Source of the DNA: Candidatus Omnitrophota bacterium
GTDB taxonomy: Bacteria > Omnitrophota > Gorgyraeia > Gygaellales > Profunditerraquicolaceae
Assembly: GCA_028716965.1 (NCBI GenBank)
Contig: JAQUOV010000004.1
Location: forward strand, 76,298 to 140,297
Length of the DNA: 64,000 bases
Direction: 5' to 3'
In this document: piece after piece, positions 1 through 11,149 of the stretch
How the letters are laid out: each line of letters starts with the position of its first letter
Position numbering within the stretch: the stretch's first letter is position 1
Notes under the pieces: generated by a model
Database searches by the model: none
What the model was told of the DNA's origin: nothing
Seen by the model: the letters and a program-made list of their open reading frames with translations, nothing else
Program-made: the position numbers and the translations under genes

Positions 1-926
1 CAACCAGCGATCAGATGATCATTCATAAGTTTAAAGGCAAGCTTGACCATCAATCGGTAATCCAGGAGATGGAGGAGTCGGTGAAAGAAGCGATAAAAAT
101 GGGGGCACAGACTATCGGGGTAAACGCGGAAGACGCCTCGCGTACAGGCATGGATTACCTGATTGAGTTTGCCGCAAAAGCCAAAGAGGCAGGCGCTTCC
201 AGGATCCGCTATTGCGATACATTAGGTTCTGATACTCCTTTCAGTATATACGAGCGCATAAAGTCACTGGCTGAAGCAATAGGTTTACCCATTGAGGTAC
301 ATTGCCATAATGACCTGGGGCTGGTGGTAGCTAATTCTATCGCCGGGGCCAAGGCAGCCAATGATGCGGGGGTAGATGCTTATATTAATACTTGTGTCAA
401 CGGGATGGGTGAACGTGCGGGCAACGCGGATTTAGTTTCGGTAATACTCTCTCTTAAATTCGGCCAGGGTATGCAGGATTACCATTTAGATGAGAAAGTT
501 GACCTGAAGATGGCCTGGAAGATATGCAAATATGCCTCTTATGCCTTTGGCGTGCCGATACCTATTAACCAGCCCGGGGTAGGAGCCAACGCCTTTGCCC
601 ATGAATCCGGGATCCATGCCGACGGGGCGTTAAAGGACAGGCGTAATTACGAGCTTTATGATTATGAAGAGCTGGGACGCGGAGAGCCGGAGATAATCGA
701 AACAGGCAGGAAGATTACCGCCGGGGAATACTCCGGCATTAAAGGGTTCCGCAATGTTTATGAAAAATTAGAGGTCCCTTTTAAGGATGATGCCGAGGCC
801 ACGCGCATATTGGAGTTGGTCAGGTATGCCAATGTGCATAACCAGAAACCCCTGGTTGACGATGAGTTGAATTTTATCGCCAAGTACCCGGATATCGCGC
901 ATAAGATTTTTACGATGACACCTTAA
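1..926 (+). CDS. HMGL-like alpha-keto acid/acetyl-CoA condensing enzyme (homocitrate/2-isopropylmalate/citramalate synthase family), 5'-truncated at window edge
   Basis: Open frame runs to position 1. Conserved EVHCHNDLGL (HxH metal site) and GERAGNA motifs of the DRE-TIM metallolyase/LeuA-NifV family. The short C-terminus after the barrel suggests the NifV/AksA/CimA-like short form. Confidence 0.75.
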   Translation, partial: TSDQMIIHKFKGKLDHQSVIQEMEESVKEAIKMGAQTIGVNAEDASRTGMDYLIEFAAKAKEAGASRIRYCDTLGSDTPFSIYERIKSLAEAIGLPIEVHCHNDLGLVVANSIAGAKAANDAGVDAYINTCVNGMGERAGNADLVSVILSLKFGQGMQDYHLDEKVDLKMAWKICKYASYAFGVPIPINQPGVGANAFAHESGIHADGALKDRRNYELYDYEELGRGEPEIIETGRKITAGEYSGIKGFRNVYEKLEVPFKDDAEATRILELVRYANVHNQKPLVDDELNFIAKYPDIAHKIFTMTP

Positions 927-961
927 AAACCAGAATGTAGAATACAGTATATAGAATGTAG

Positions 962-2263
<1,302 letters not shown>

Positions 2264-2278
2264 ACTATAGAAGGTGTT

Positions 2279-2312
2279 CGCCCTGCCGCGCAAGCTCAGC
2301 AGGGTTTCGTTG
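2279..2312 (+). terminator. candidate intrinsic terminator after purA (ccctgc-N12-gcaggg followed by a T-rich tail)
   Basis: GC stem at 2281-2286/2299-2304 followed by tttcgttgtatgttta. Confidence 0.35.
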
Positions 2313-2346
2313 TATGTTTATGGGTGTTCAATTCTTTTAAAACTCT

Positions 2347-2375
2347 TGACTATAATAAGTGCTTATGTTATATTT
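2347..2375 (+). promoter_or_regulatory. sigma70-like promoter (TTGACT-17nt-TATATT) for the OmpA-family gene
   Basis: ttgactataataagtgcttatgttatatt read directly; RBS aaaaggagag lies upstream of the ATG at 2405. Confidence 0.45.
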
Positions 2376-2404
2376 AATTTCCAATAAACAAAAGGAGAGT
2401 TAAG

Positions 2405-3100
2405 ATGAAAAATAATTTTCTCAAAGCCTTATTGGTTTTATTTATAACTTTAGGTTTGGCGGGATGCAGTTTTGTTTTTCAAAAGGGCAGGCGTTCCGAC
2501 GCCGAGAAGATCCAGGAGCTAAACGCCCAGCTGGATGAACTTTTGAGCTCAAAGAGCATGCTTGAACAGAAGTTAGGACAAGAGATAAATGACAGGCAGA
2601 TAAAGCTCCAAATGATGGAGAAGGGCCTGGTGATTACCGTCGTAGGCGACCTTTTGTTTGATTCCGGAAAAGCCAGTATCAGGCCGGAGGCGTATCCTTT
2701 ACTGAACAAGGTAGCCTCGGTATTGAAAGATAACATGGCACAGTTTAACATAGGCATAGAAGGGCATACGGATAATGTTCCGATCAAGGTATCAGGCTGG
2801 AAATCCAACTGGGAGCTTTCTACCGCGCGCGCCTTAAGTGTTCTGCATTATTTAGTCAAAGAACAGGGGATCTCTCCCGAACGTTTATCCGCAATCGGTT
2901 ATGGAGAATACCGGCCGGTAGATTCTAACGAAACAGCAGCAGGCCGTAAGCAGAATCGCAGGGTGGAGATTGTTATCCTGCCTAATGTTACCAAGGTTAA
3001 AAGCGGCTCTAATGGCCCGGTAGCGGTGAAAGATTCTGAAGAAAGCTCCGATACCACCGGTTCATCGGAACTTAAAGAACCCATAGATAATCTCAAATAA
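2405..3100 (+). CDS. OmpA/MotB-family lipoprotein (peptidoglycan-binding OmpA_C domain)
   Basis: Signal peptide plus lipobox LAGC; coiled-coil segment; C-terminal TDNVP...NRRVEIVIL OmpA_C signature. Confidence 0.8.
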   Translation: MKNNFLKALLVLFITLGLAGCSFVFQKGRRSDAEKIQELNAQLDELLSSKSMLEQKLGQEINDRQIKLQMMEKGLVITVVGDLLFDSGKASIRPEAYPLLNKVASVLKDNMAQFNIGIEGHTDNVPIKVSGWKSNWELSTARALSVLHYLVKEQGISPERLSAIGYGEYRPVDSNETAAGRKQNRRVEIVILPNVTKVKSGSNGPVAVKDSEESSDTTGSSELKEPIDNLK

Positions 3101-3157
3101 CTGGGTATTTACGAAGTCAGCGCAGCGTTTAGCTGACAGTAAATGTAGGTCAAATAA

Positions 3158-3499
3158 ATGGAAGATGTTTTAAAGGACCGCATACTAATTATCTTAGCGA
3201 TATTATCGTGTGTATTCCTTTTCGGTACGCTTAGCTCATGCAACAACGCGATGCGCCAAAAAGCCGGCCGGGATAAAGAAATGGCTGCCCGCCTTCAGAT
3301 GGAAGAGAAGATGAACAGGTTCTCCCAGGAGAGGTCGGTTTTAGAAGAAAAGGTTAAGGCAAAGGAAAAAGAGGCCGAAGAGGCAAAAGCAGCCCTTGAG
3401 GAAACTAAAAGAATCCTGGCTCAAGAACAAATGGCTAATCAGGGCCTTAAAGATGAGTTGCAAAAGGCAGCTAAGCTTAAAGAACCCCCTAAAAGATAA
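3158..3499 (+). CDS. hypothetical membrane-anchored coiled-coil protein (E/K-rich)
   Basis: N-terminal hydrophobic helix with cysteine, then a heptad-like E/K-rich region; no recognisable domain. Confidence 0.45.
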   Translation: MEDVLKDRILIILAILSCVFLFGTLSSCNNAMRQKAGRDKEMAARLQMEEKMNRFSQERSVLEEKVKAKEKEAEEAKAALEETKRILAQEQMANQGLKDELQKAAKLKEPPKR

Positions 3500-3583
3500 C
3501 TTTAAAAGGGTATCGCTAAGCCGGGAAGAATCCTAAAGATGGAATAAGAGGAGCTTGAATGTGAGCGTAAGCGATGGTTCTGT

Positions 3584-3610
3584 AAAAAGGGGAGATAATC
3601 CCCCTTTTTT
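3584..3610. terminator. symmetric hairpin aaaaagggg-loop-ccccttttt (possible bidirectional terminator)
   Basis: A 9-bp stem with an A-run 5' and a T-run 3'. It lies inside the N-terminal extension the ORF track gives the next gene, arguing that gene really starts at 3630. Confidence 0.35.
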
Positions 3611-3629
3611 ATTAGAAGGAGGTGGGTTG

Positions 3630-4601
3630 ATGAAAATATTAAAGAAAGTGAAAGAGAAGCTAAAGAAAATTATCCGCGTTAAGCCTGTTTCTTTGAAACC
3701 CCAAAAAAACAGGTTGCCTTCTGCCGGAAAACCTGATTCTGTATCCAGGGATATCCCGGGTTTCCAGGAGACCATTGCCGTCAATACAAAGTTTTCTCAT
3801 CCGGAAAGTACCCGCTTTAGAAGCGCCATGCCGGAAGAGCTGCCTTCTTCTTATGACCAGGACAGGATTATTTTGCAGGTCAGGGACCCGCGCTGGCTGC
3901 ATACTTACTGGGAATTAAGGGGCCAGACTATTGAGGGCCTGAAGAATAAGCTGGGAGACGAATTCTACCGCGCGAAAAAGATTCTAAGGGTTTACGACGT
4001 CACAAATATCGTATTCAACGGTTCCAATGCCAATAGTTTTTTTGATATCCAGTACAATGATTTTGCCAATAGCTGGTATATTGATACGGCCGGTCCCGGG
4101 CGCTCCTGGTGTGTGGATCTGGGGTTGATGCTTGCTGACGGCAGGTTCATTACTATCTTACGCTCCAATGTCGTCCAGACTCCTTTGGATGGGCCGTCCT
4201 GGATTACCGACGAAGAATGGATGATCCCCGAAGATGTTTTTGCCAGGCTTTATGGTATGGGTTTTGGTTTAGGCAGAAGCTCTCCCGTAGGGCGCGCCTG
4301 GCAGGAACGCACAAAGCAGGGGTTGTTCAGTTCAGGTATATCATCCAGCCCCGTAAGAAAAGAGGTCAAGGAAAGAAGTTTTTGGATGAAGGTAGATTGT
4401 GAATTGATTGTGTATGGCGCCACTGAACCCAGCGCAAAAGTTACGGTGCAGGGGATGCCGATTAACTTGAGGCCCGACGGAACTTTTACCCTGCGTTATT
4501 ATCTGCCGGACGGCAAACAGGTAATCCCGGTTAAGGCGACCTCCGCGGACCAGTTGGAAGAGCGGGTTATTACCCCAATCGTGAACCGGGAAACCAGATA
4601 A
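3630..4601 (+). CDS. DUF4912-family protein (GH57-associated)
   Basis: RDPRWLHTYWEL motif typical of DUF4912. The gene sits immediately upstream of, and nearly abutting, a GH57 gene. Start moved to the ATG at 3630, which has a GGAGGTG RBS. Confidence 0.65.
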   Translation: MKILKKVKEKLKKIIRVKPVSLKPQKNRLPSAGKPDSVSRDIPGFQETIAVNTKFSHPESTRFRSAMPEELPSSYDQDRIILQVRDPRWLHTYWELRGQTIEGLKNKLGDEFYRAKKILRVYDVTNIVFNGSNANSFFDIQYNDFANSWYIDTAGPGRSWCVDLGLMLADGRFITILRSNVVQTPLDGPSWITDEEWMIPEDVFARLYGMGFGLGRSSPVGRAWQERTKQGLFSSGISSSPVRKEVKERSFWMKVDCELIVYGATEPSAKVTVQGMPINLRPDGTFTLRYYLPDGKQVIPVKATSADQLEERVITPIVNRETR

Positions 4602-4605
4602 GCCC

Positions 4606-6186
4606 ATGACTAAAGGATACCTTTGTTTAGTTTTACACGGCCACCTGCCTTTCGTGCGCCACCCCGAGCATGAGGATTTCCTGGAGGAGGATTGGTTGTA
4701 TGAAGCAATCACCGAAACCTATGTGCCGCTTATCTCTGTCTTTGAGGGCTTGCTTTCCGACGGGATAGATTTCCGGATCACCCTTACCTTAAGTCCTACG
4801 CTTATCTCTATGCTTACAGACTCACTGCTTCAGGAGCGTTATTTAAAGCATATAAATAAGCTTATCGAGCTATCGCAGAAAGAAATGGAAAGGACAAGGT
4901 GGCAGGAGGCGTTCAGGCGGCTGGCGGAGATGTACTTTAACAGGTTCTCCCACGCCAGGGATACTTTTCAGAAATATGGCTGTAACCTGGTAAATGCTTT
5001 TAAAAAATTTCAGGATTTAGGCAAAGTTGAGATAATCACCTGCGGGGCTACGCACGGGTTCTTCCCGCTGATGGATGTTTGCCGTGATTCGGTACGCGCA
5101 CAGGTAAAGGTGGCGGCTGACCATTATGAAGGAGTATTCGGCAGAAGGCCGCGGGGTATTTGGCTGCCGGAATGCGGTTTTTACCCCGGGCATGATGAAA
5201 TACTCCGTGAAGCGCAAATACGTTATTTCTTTACCGATTCGCACGGCTTATTGCATGGCACACCCCGCCCCAAATACGGAGTTTTTGCCCCGGTTTATTG
5301 CAAGGGTACGGGAGTAGCTGCTTTTGGCAGGGACCTGGAGTCGTCAAAACAGGTATGGTCTTCTATTGAGGGATATCCCGGAGATTATAATTACCGGGAG
5401 TTTTACCGCGATGTTGGTTTTGATCTGGAGTTTGAGTATATCAAACCCTATATCCATCCCGACGGGGTGCGCATTAATACGGGTATAAAATATTATCGTA
5501 TTACCGGTTCAGGAAATCATAAGGAGCCGTATGTGCCGGAGTGGGCAAGGGACCGCGCGGCAGAGCATGCCGGTAATTTTATGTTCAATCGCCAGAAACA
5601 GGCTTGTTATCTTAACGATCTTATGGGTAAGGCGCCGATCATCGTTTCGCCGTATGACGCCGAGCTTTTTGGGCATTGGTGGTATGAGGGGCCGATGTGG
5701 CTGGATTTTCTTTTCCGTAAAGTTGCCTGCGACCAGAATGAAATACGCATGATTACTCCTTCGGAATATTTAGAAGAGAATCCGCGTAACCAGGTAATTA
5801 CCCCCTCGCTTTCCAGCTGGGGTTATAAAGGGTATTCGGAGATGTGGCTGCAGGGGTCAAATGACTGGGTCTACAGACATCTGCATGCTGCCTCCGGCAA
5901 AATGAGCGAGCTGGCCAGGGATTTTCCCCGCGCACAGGGTTTACTGCGCAGGGCTTTAAACCAGGCCTTGCGCGAGTTGCTCCTTGCGCAAAGTTCGGAC
6001 TGGGCATTTATCCTCGGCACGGGCACGCATACCAGTTATGCGGTGCGCCGCACCAAAGATCACCTCTTAAGGTTCAACAGGATTTATGAAGATGTAAAGT
6101 CTAATAATATTAACGAGAATTGGCTGTCGGATATTGAGTATAAAGATAACCTCTTTCCTAATATAGATTACCAGGTACATCAGTAG
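4606..6186 (+). CDS. glycoside hydrolase family 57 (1,4-alpha-glucan branching enzyme type)
   Basis: N-terminal LVLHGHLPFVRHPE motif and WLPECGF catalytic region characteristic of GH57 branching enzymes. Confidence 0.85.
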   Translation: MTKGYLCLVLHGHLPFVRHPEHEDFLEEDWLYEAITETYVPLISVFEGLLSDGIDFRITLTLSPTLISMLTDSLLQERYLKHINKLIELSQKEMERTRWQEAFRRLAEMYFNRFSHARDTFQKYGCNLVNAFKKFQDLGKVEIITCGATHGFFPLMDVCRDSVRAQVKVAADHYEGVFGRRPRGIWLPECGFYPGHDEILREAQIRYFFTDSHGLLHGTPRPKYGVFAPVYCKGTGVAAFGRDLESSKQVWSSIEGYPGDYNYREFYRDVGFDLEFEYIKPYIHPDGVRINTGIKYYRITGSGNHKEPYVPEWARDRAAEHAGNFMFNRQKQACYLNDLMGKAPIIVSPYDAELFGHWWYEGPMWLDFLFRKVACDQNEIRMITPSEYLEENPRNQVITPSLSSWGYKGYSEMWLQGSNDWVYRHLHAASGKMSELARDFPRAQGLLRRALNQALRELLLAQSSDWAFILGTGTHTSYAVRRTKDHLLRFNRIYEDVKSNNINENWLSDIEYKDNLFPNIDYQVHQ

Positions 6187-6187
6187 C

Positions 6188-6907
6188 ATGCAGGATAATC
6201 TCAAGATCCCCAAACATATCGCTTTTATTATGGATGGTAACGGCCGCTGGGCAAAAGAAAAGGGCTTAAGCCGTACTGCCGGGCACCGGGAGGGGATAAA
6301 GCGCGTAAGAGAGATCATTCGCGGAGCCAGCCAATTAGGTATTCAGGCAGTTACATTCTTTGCTTTTTCAACGGAGAATTGGTCCCGGCCGAGAAACGAG
6401 GTTAACGTCCTGATGCGTTATCTGGGCAATTTCCTGGATAAAGAGGTCATAGAATTGCATAAGAATAATATGCGTTTTATGGTTATCGGCAGGGGCGACC
6501 CTATTCCCTTATACCTTCAGGCTAAGATTAAGAAAGCCCAGGAGAAGACCAGCGCCAACACCGGGTTAAAAGTTGTTTTAGCTATAAATTACGGCGGCAG
6601 GCAGGAGATCGTGGACGCCGCGAAGCGGTTTGCCAGGGATGTATTGGCCGCAAACTCCGAGCTTGAGAGCCTGGAGGCGGAGCAATTCAGCGGTTATTTT
6701 TATGCCGCGGATATCCCTGACCCTGACCTTCTGATCCGCACCAGCGAAGAGATGCGCATCAGCAACTTTATGCTCTGGCAACTTTCATACTCCGAACTTT
6801 ATTTTTCCAAGAAATACTGGCCGGATTTCGGTATTGAAGAGTTAAGGGAAGCCATCAGAGAGTATCAAAAGAGGGAGCGCAGGTTTGGAGGTTTAAATGT
6901 TGCTTAA
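6188..6907 (+). CDS. uppS: undecaprenyl-diphosphate synthase (isoprenyl transferase)
   Basis: HIAFIMDGNGRWA and FSTENW motifs. Confidence 0.93.
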   Translation: MQDNLKIPKHIAFIMDGNGRWAKEKGLSRTAGHREGIKRVREIIRGASQLGIQAVTFFAFSTENWSRPRNEVNVLMRYLGNFLDKEVIELHKNNMRFMVIGRGDPIPLYLQAKIKKAQEKTSANTGLKVVLAINYGGRQEIVDAAKRFARDVLAANSELESLEAEQFSGYFYAADIPDPDLLIRTSEEMRISNFMLWQLSYSELYFSKKYWPDFGIEELREAIREYQKRERRFGGLNVA

Positions 6908-7691
6908 AAGAGTAATCAGTTCAGCTGTACTTATCAGTATTATTTCGGCAGTGATCTTTCTTGACTGGCTCTGCGCATTGGTGGCTACTATTTTTATTAT
7001 CGCCGGATTGTATGAATATTTTGTGATGCTTGAGAAAAAAGGGATCAATATCTACAAGTATTTCGGTATCGGCATGGGGGCAATTATTCCTTTATCCATC
7101 ATGTTCAGGTTTGAGCCGACAAAAAGCTGGGAGCTGCTCTTTATTGTCCTGGCCTTGTTCTTTATCCTGATTATGCAATTTAAGCGCCGGGATTCCTCCG
7201 GGGTGATCGTAGATATATCCACTACGCTCTTCGGCATACTTTATGTTTCCTGGTTCTTTAGTTTTATTATAAAGATACGCTACCTTTCCGGAGGGTTTGG
7301 TTTCCTGGTAGCTTTATTGTTGATTGTCAAGTTGGGGGATATCGGGGCATTCCTGGTGGGAAGCCGTTGGGGGAAGAACCCCCTAATGCAGCATATCAGC
7401 CCGAAGAAGACCATTGAGGGGTCTCTTGGCGGGTTATTATTCAGTGTTTTGGGCGCCTTGGTCAGCAAACCGTTCTTGCCATTTGGCTATGGGCAACTTT
7501 TGTTAACCGCAATTGGTTTAGGTGTGCTTGGCCAATTGGGGGATCTTTCCGAGTCATTGCTTAAGCGCGACTGCCAGATTAAAGATTCGGGCAGTATCTT
7601 CCCGGGTATGGGCGGTGTATTGGACCAGATTGACAGCCTGTTATTCAGCGCCCCGGTATTTTATTTCTATCTTAGCGTAACGGTAAGATAA
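6897..7691 (+). CDS. cdsA: phosphatidate cytidylyltransferase
   Basis: Polytopic membrane protein with the C-terminal KRDxxxKDSG...PGHGGxLDxxDS signature; conserved position after uppS. Confidence 0.85.
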   Translation: MLLKRVISSAVLISIISAVIFLDWLCALVATIFIIAGLYEYFVMLEKKGINIYKYFGIGMGAIIPLSIMFRFEPTKSWELLFIVLALFFILIMQFKRRDSSGVIVDISTTLFGILYVSWFFSFIIKIRYLSGGFGFLVALLLIVKLGDIGAFLVGSRWGKNPLMQHISPKKTIEGSLGGLLFSVLGALVSKPFLPFGYGQLLLTAIGLGVLGQLGDLSESLLKRDCQIKDSGSIFPGMGGVLDQIDSLLFSAPVFYFYLSVTVR

Positions 7692-7757
7692 ATCCTGTCT
7701 CTTATTTATAGTCAGAAAGTGCGGGGTTTAAGCTAACTAATATAAATATACGGGAAG

Positions 7758-8909
7758 GTGCGAGTGAAGAGAATCGCGATCTTAGGTTCCAGCGGCTCTA
7801 TCGGCCAGAGTACGCTTTCAGTCATAAGAAGCTTGCCGCGGCAATTCAAGGTTGAAGCTTTAAGCGTCAATTCGGATATCGTTAAGCTAAGACAGCAGAT
7901 AGAAGAATTTAAACCGCGCCTTGTATGCGTGAGAGATGGACAGGCAGCCTGTAAATTGCGCTCTGATTTAGGCTCATCTGTAAAGGTGCTTTGCGCAGAA
8001 GAAGGTTTGCATGAAATGGTTAAAGACAGGCAGATTGATCTGGTGATGTTTGCCATCTCCGGTTCTGCCGCGCTTAACCCATTGATTAGCGCAATCAGGA
8101 GCGGAAAAGATATTGCTTTAGCTAATAAAGAAGCTTTGGTGATGGCCGGTCCTTTGGTTATGCGCCTGGCGAAGAAATATAAGGCCAGGGTCCTGCCGGT
8201 TGACAGCGAGCAGTCAGCCATTTGGCAGAGCCTGGGAGGTTTTCGGCACTCCGATGTCAGGAAGGTATACCTTACTGCTTCCGGCGGCCCCTTCAGGAAC
8301 CTGCCGGCCAGTAAATTTAAAAAGGTCAGCCTGGAGCATGTGTTGCGGCACCCCCGCTGGAAGATGGGTAGAAAGATAACGGTTGATTCGGCGACCTTGA
8401 TGAATAAGGGGCTGGAGGTACTTGAAACAATGTTCTTATTCAGTTTGCGGCCGGAAAAAATTAAGGTCTTGATCCACCCCGAGGCATTGATCCACTCCAT
8501 GGTTGAGTTTAACGACGGCGTCATTATGGCCCAGCTTTCAGCCGCGGATATGCGTATACCCATACAATATGCCCTATCCTATCCGCAGCGCCTGGTTAAC
8601 AGCCTGGAGGGGATTGATTTTTACCGTCTCAGCGAATTGCATTTTGAAAAACCGGACAGCGATAAGTTCCCCTGCTTAAAACTTGCCTACAGGGCGGCGG
8701 AAGATTTAGGTACTATGCCTGCGGTTTTAAACGCGGCTAATGAAGTCAGTGTACATAGCTTTTTAAACAAACGGATTGATTTTTTGTCTATACCGGAAAT
8801 AGTAGAAAAAGTGATGCGGCGCCACAGAAGGATAGCTGATCCTGATCTTACACAGATAATGGCTGCCGATGCCTGGGCCAGGGAAGAGGCTGTTTGCCTG
8901 GCCGGATAA
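7758..8909 (+). CDS. dxr: 1-deoxy-D-xylulose 5-phosphate reductoisomerase
   Basis: ILGSSGSIG NADPH motif, LANKE and full-length match; GTG start. Confidence 0.93.
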   Translation: MRVKRIAILGSSGSIGQSTLSVIRSLPRQFKVEALSVNSDIVKLRQQIEEFKPRLVCVRDGQAACKLRSDLGSSVKVLCAEEGLHEMVKDRQIDLVMFAISGSAALNPLISAIRSGKDIALANKEALVMAGPLVMRLAKKYKARVLPVDSEQSAIWQSLGGFRHSDVRKVYLTASGGPFRNLPASKFKKVSLEHVLRHPRWKMGRKITVDSATLMNKGLEVLETMFLFSLRPEKIKVLIHPEALIHSMVEFNDGVIMAQLSAADMRIPIQYALSYPQRLVNSLEGIDFYRLSELHFEKPDSDKFPCLKLAYRAAEDLGTMPAVLNAANEVSVHSFLNKRIDFLSIPEIVEKVMRRHRRIADPDLTQIMAADAWAREEAVCLAG

Positions 8910-8922
8910 TTTTGGATTAAAG

Positions 8923-10005
8923 ATGCTTGCTACCCTTATTTTTATTTTAATTCTAAGCCTGCTTATTATTGTGCATGAATTCGGGCATTTTATTGCCGCG
9001 CGCAAGAATGGGGTGCGTGTTGAAACTTTTTCCCTGGGGTTTGGCCCCCAGATTTTTAAAAAGAAGAAAAATGATACCGAATACAGTATAAGCCTGATCC
9101 CTTTAGGCGGCTACGTAAAGATGGCCGGAGACAGCCGGTTGGAATACAAAGGAAAAGATGATGAGTATTTTGCTAAAGGAGCCGGAAGGCGCTTTCAGAT
9201 CATCTTTTTTGGGCCGTTTTTAAATTATCTGCTCGGTTTCTTGTTCTTTTGGTGCATTTTCTTTGCGGGTTATCCCAACCTGACCAGTAAGGTCGGGGGT
9301 TTAATTGACGGTTACGGCGCTAAAGAGGCGGGCTTGGCGGTAGGAGATAAAATTATTGCCATTGACGGAAAGAAGGTTGATTTATGGGATGACCTGCAGA
9401 GCCAAATCCAGAAAAGGAAAGCAAAAGAAAACGTGGAGCTTTCGGTTTTGCGAAATAACCGGGAGCTGAATTTCAAGGTATTGATTAAAGATAAGGTTTT
9501 AGGCGATGAATTAGGCGGTAAGCAGTCTTTAGGTATTATCGGGATTACTCCTTTTGATGAGATTGTTGAGGTCAGGCACGGTTTTCTTGAATCGGCTTAT
9601 CTTGGGGTTAAGAAAACCCTGAATCTTACCGTTTTAACTTATAAGGGGCTATGGCGGCTGCTCAACGGCAAGATCTCCATGCGTGATTCAGTGACCGGGC
9701 CGCTGGGTATATTTTATATTACATCCAGGACGGCAAAGCTGGGGATCATCGCGGTTATGCATCTGATTGCGGTATTAAGTATAAGCCTGGCCATATTCAA
9801 TCTCCTGCCTTTGCCTATTCTTGACGGCGGGCATATATTTTTACTGGGGTTGGAGAAATTAAGGAAGAAGGCGCTGGGAGTCAAGGCGGAGCACGTAGTG
9901 AACAACATCGGCTTTACGCTTATGATTACAATAGCCTTGCTGGTTACTTATAATGATATATTGAGGCTTTACGGGGATAAGATCAGCAAATTTATGGGCA
10001 GGTAA
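8923..10005 (+). CDS. rseP: RIP site-2 metalloprotease (RseP family, PDZ-containing)
   Basis: HEFGH zinc motif at residues ~20-24, PDZ region, C-terminal LPxxxLDGG motif. Start placed at the ATG at 8923 rather than the overlapping upstream ATG. Confidence 0.85.
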   Translation: MLATLIFILILSLLIIVHEFGHFIAARKNGVRVETFSLGFGPQIFKKKKNDTEYSISLIPLGGYVKMAGDSRLEYKGKDDEYFAKGAGRRFQIIFFGPFLNYLLGFLFFWCIFFAGYPNLTSKVGGLIDGYGAKEAGLAVGDKIIAIDGKKVDLWDDLQSQIQKRKAKENVELSVLRNNRELNFKVLIKDKVLGDELGGKQSLGIIGITPFDEIVEVRHGFLESAYLGVKKTLNLTVLTYKGLWRLLNGKISMRDSVTGPLGIFYITSRTAKLGIIAVMHLIAVLSISLAIFNLLPLPILDGGHIFLLGLEKLRKKALGVKAEHVVNNIGFTLMITIALLVTYNDILRLYGDKISKFMGR

Positions 10006-10006
10006 T

Positions 10007-11095
10007 ATGGGCATTATAAGAAGAAAATCCAAGGTCGTAAGAATCGGCAACCTTTTGATCGGTGGGTCTAACCCGGTAGCCATCCAGTCAATGACCAAGA
10101 CCAGGACAAGCGACGTAGAAAATACCGTTATGCAGATTAATCGGTTAAAAGATGCAGGTTGCCAGATTGTGCGCCTGGCAATCAATGATTTTGAAGATGC
10201 CGCCTCTTTAAAGCGGATTAAGGCTAAGGTAAAGATCCCGCTGGTGGCGGATATCCATTTTGATTGGCGCCTTGCTATTGCCGCTATTGAGAATGGAGCG
10301 GATAAGATAAGGCTTAATCCCGGCAATATTGATAAGAAGCAGCAGATCGCGCAGGTTGTCTCGGCATTAAAAGCAGCCAGGATCCCCCTGCGTATAGGGC
10401 TTAATTCCGGCTCGGTAAAAGATACAGTCCGGAAGAAAACTTCAATGAGCGATAAATTAGTCTCTGCCTGCATGGGTTATGTAAAGGTGATTGAGGGTTT
10501 TAAATTCAAGGATATAGTAATTTCGCTTAAGGCCAACAATGTACTGGATACTCTTGCCGCTTATCGCAAGGTTTCCAGGCTTTGCGCTTACCCTTTGCAT
10601 CTTGGCCTGACCGCTACAGGTTCTGTTTACAGCGGGATTATTAAATCCAGCGTAACTTTAGGGGCTTTACTTTTGGAGGGTATAGGTGATACAATAAGGG
10701 TATCTTTGACTGAAGAGCCGGTAGAAGAAGTCAGGGCGGCTAAATGCATATTAGAGTCCCTGGGGCTGCGTAGATTCGGGCCGCAGATCATCAGTTGCCC
10801 TACTTGCGGGCGTTGCAAGGTTAATTTGGTCGGTATAGTAAAGGAATTGGAAGGTAAGTTGTCGTCTATTAGCCGCAGGCCATTGTCCCGGCCGATGAAG
10901 CTGGCTATAATGGGGTGCGTGGTTAACGGCCCGGGAGAGGCTAAAGAAGCGGATATCGGGATTGCTTTTGGCAAAAAAGAGGGGGTGTTATTCAGGTACG
11001 GTAAAGTGGTCAGGAAGGTAACGCCGGGTGATTGTGTGCCCGTTATATTGAAAGAAATGGAATCCAGGGGTAAGTCGTGGCCCATCAAGCGCTAA
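10007..11095 (+). CDS. ispG: 4-hydroxy-3-methylbut-2-enyl diphosphate synthase
   Basis: TIM-barrel N-domain and C-terminal CPxCGR...GCxVNGPGE Fe-S cysteines. Confidence 0.93.
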   Translation: MGIIRRKSKVVRIGNLLIGGSNPVAIQSMTKTRTSDVENTVMQINRLKDAGCQIVRLAINDFEDAASLKRIKAKVKIPLVADIHFDWRLAIAAIENGADKIRLNPGNIDKKQQIAQVVSALKAARIPLRIGLNSGSVKDTVRKKTSMSDKLVSACMGYVKVIEGFKFKDIVISLKANNVLDTLAAYRKVSRLCAYPLHLGLTATGSVYSGIIKSSVTLGALLLEGIGDTIRVSLTEEPVEEVRAAKCILESLGLRRFGPQIISCPTCGRCKVNLVGIVKELEGKLSSISRRPLSRPMKLAIMGCVVNGPGEAKEADIGIAFGKKEGVLFRYGKVVRKVTPGDCVPVILKEMESRGKSWPIKR

Positions 11096-11149
11096 GAAAT
11101 ATTATCCGCGACAAAGTGATTATTAGAGATATCTTTAATAAGGATTGAT

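Noticed and set aside
7733-8563. 276-aa minus-strand ORF
   Set aside because: Lies entirely antisense to the well-supported dxr gene. It has no recognisable motifs and its composition mirrors dxr codons, so it is a shadow ORF.
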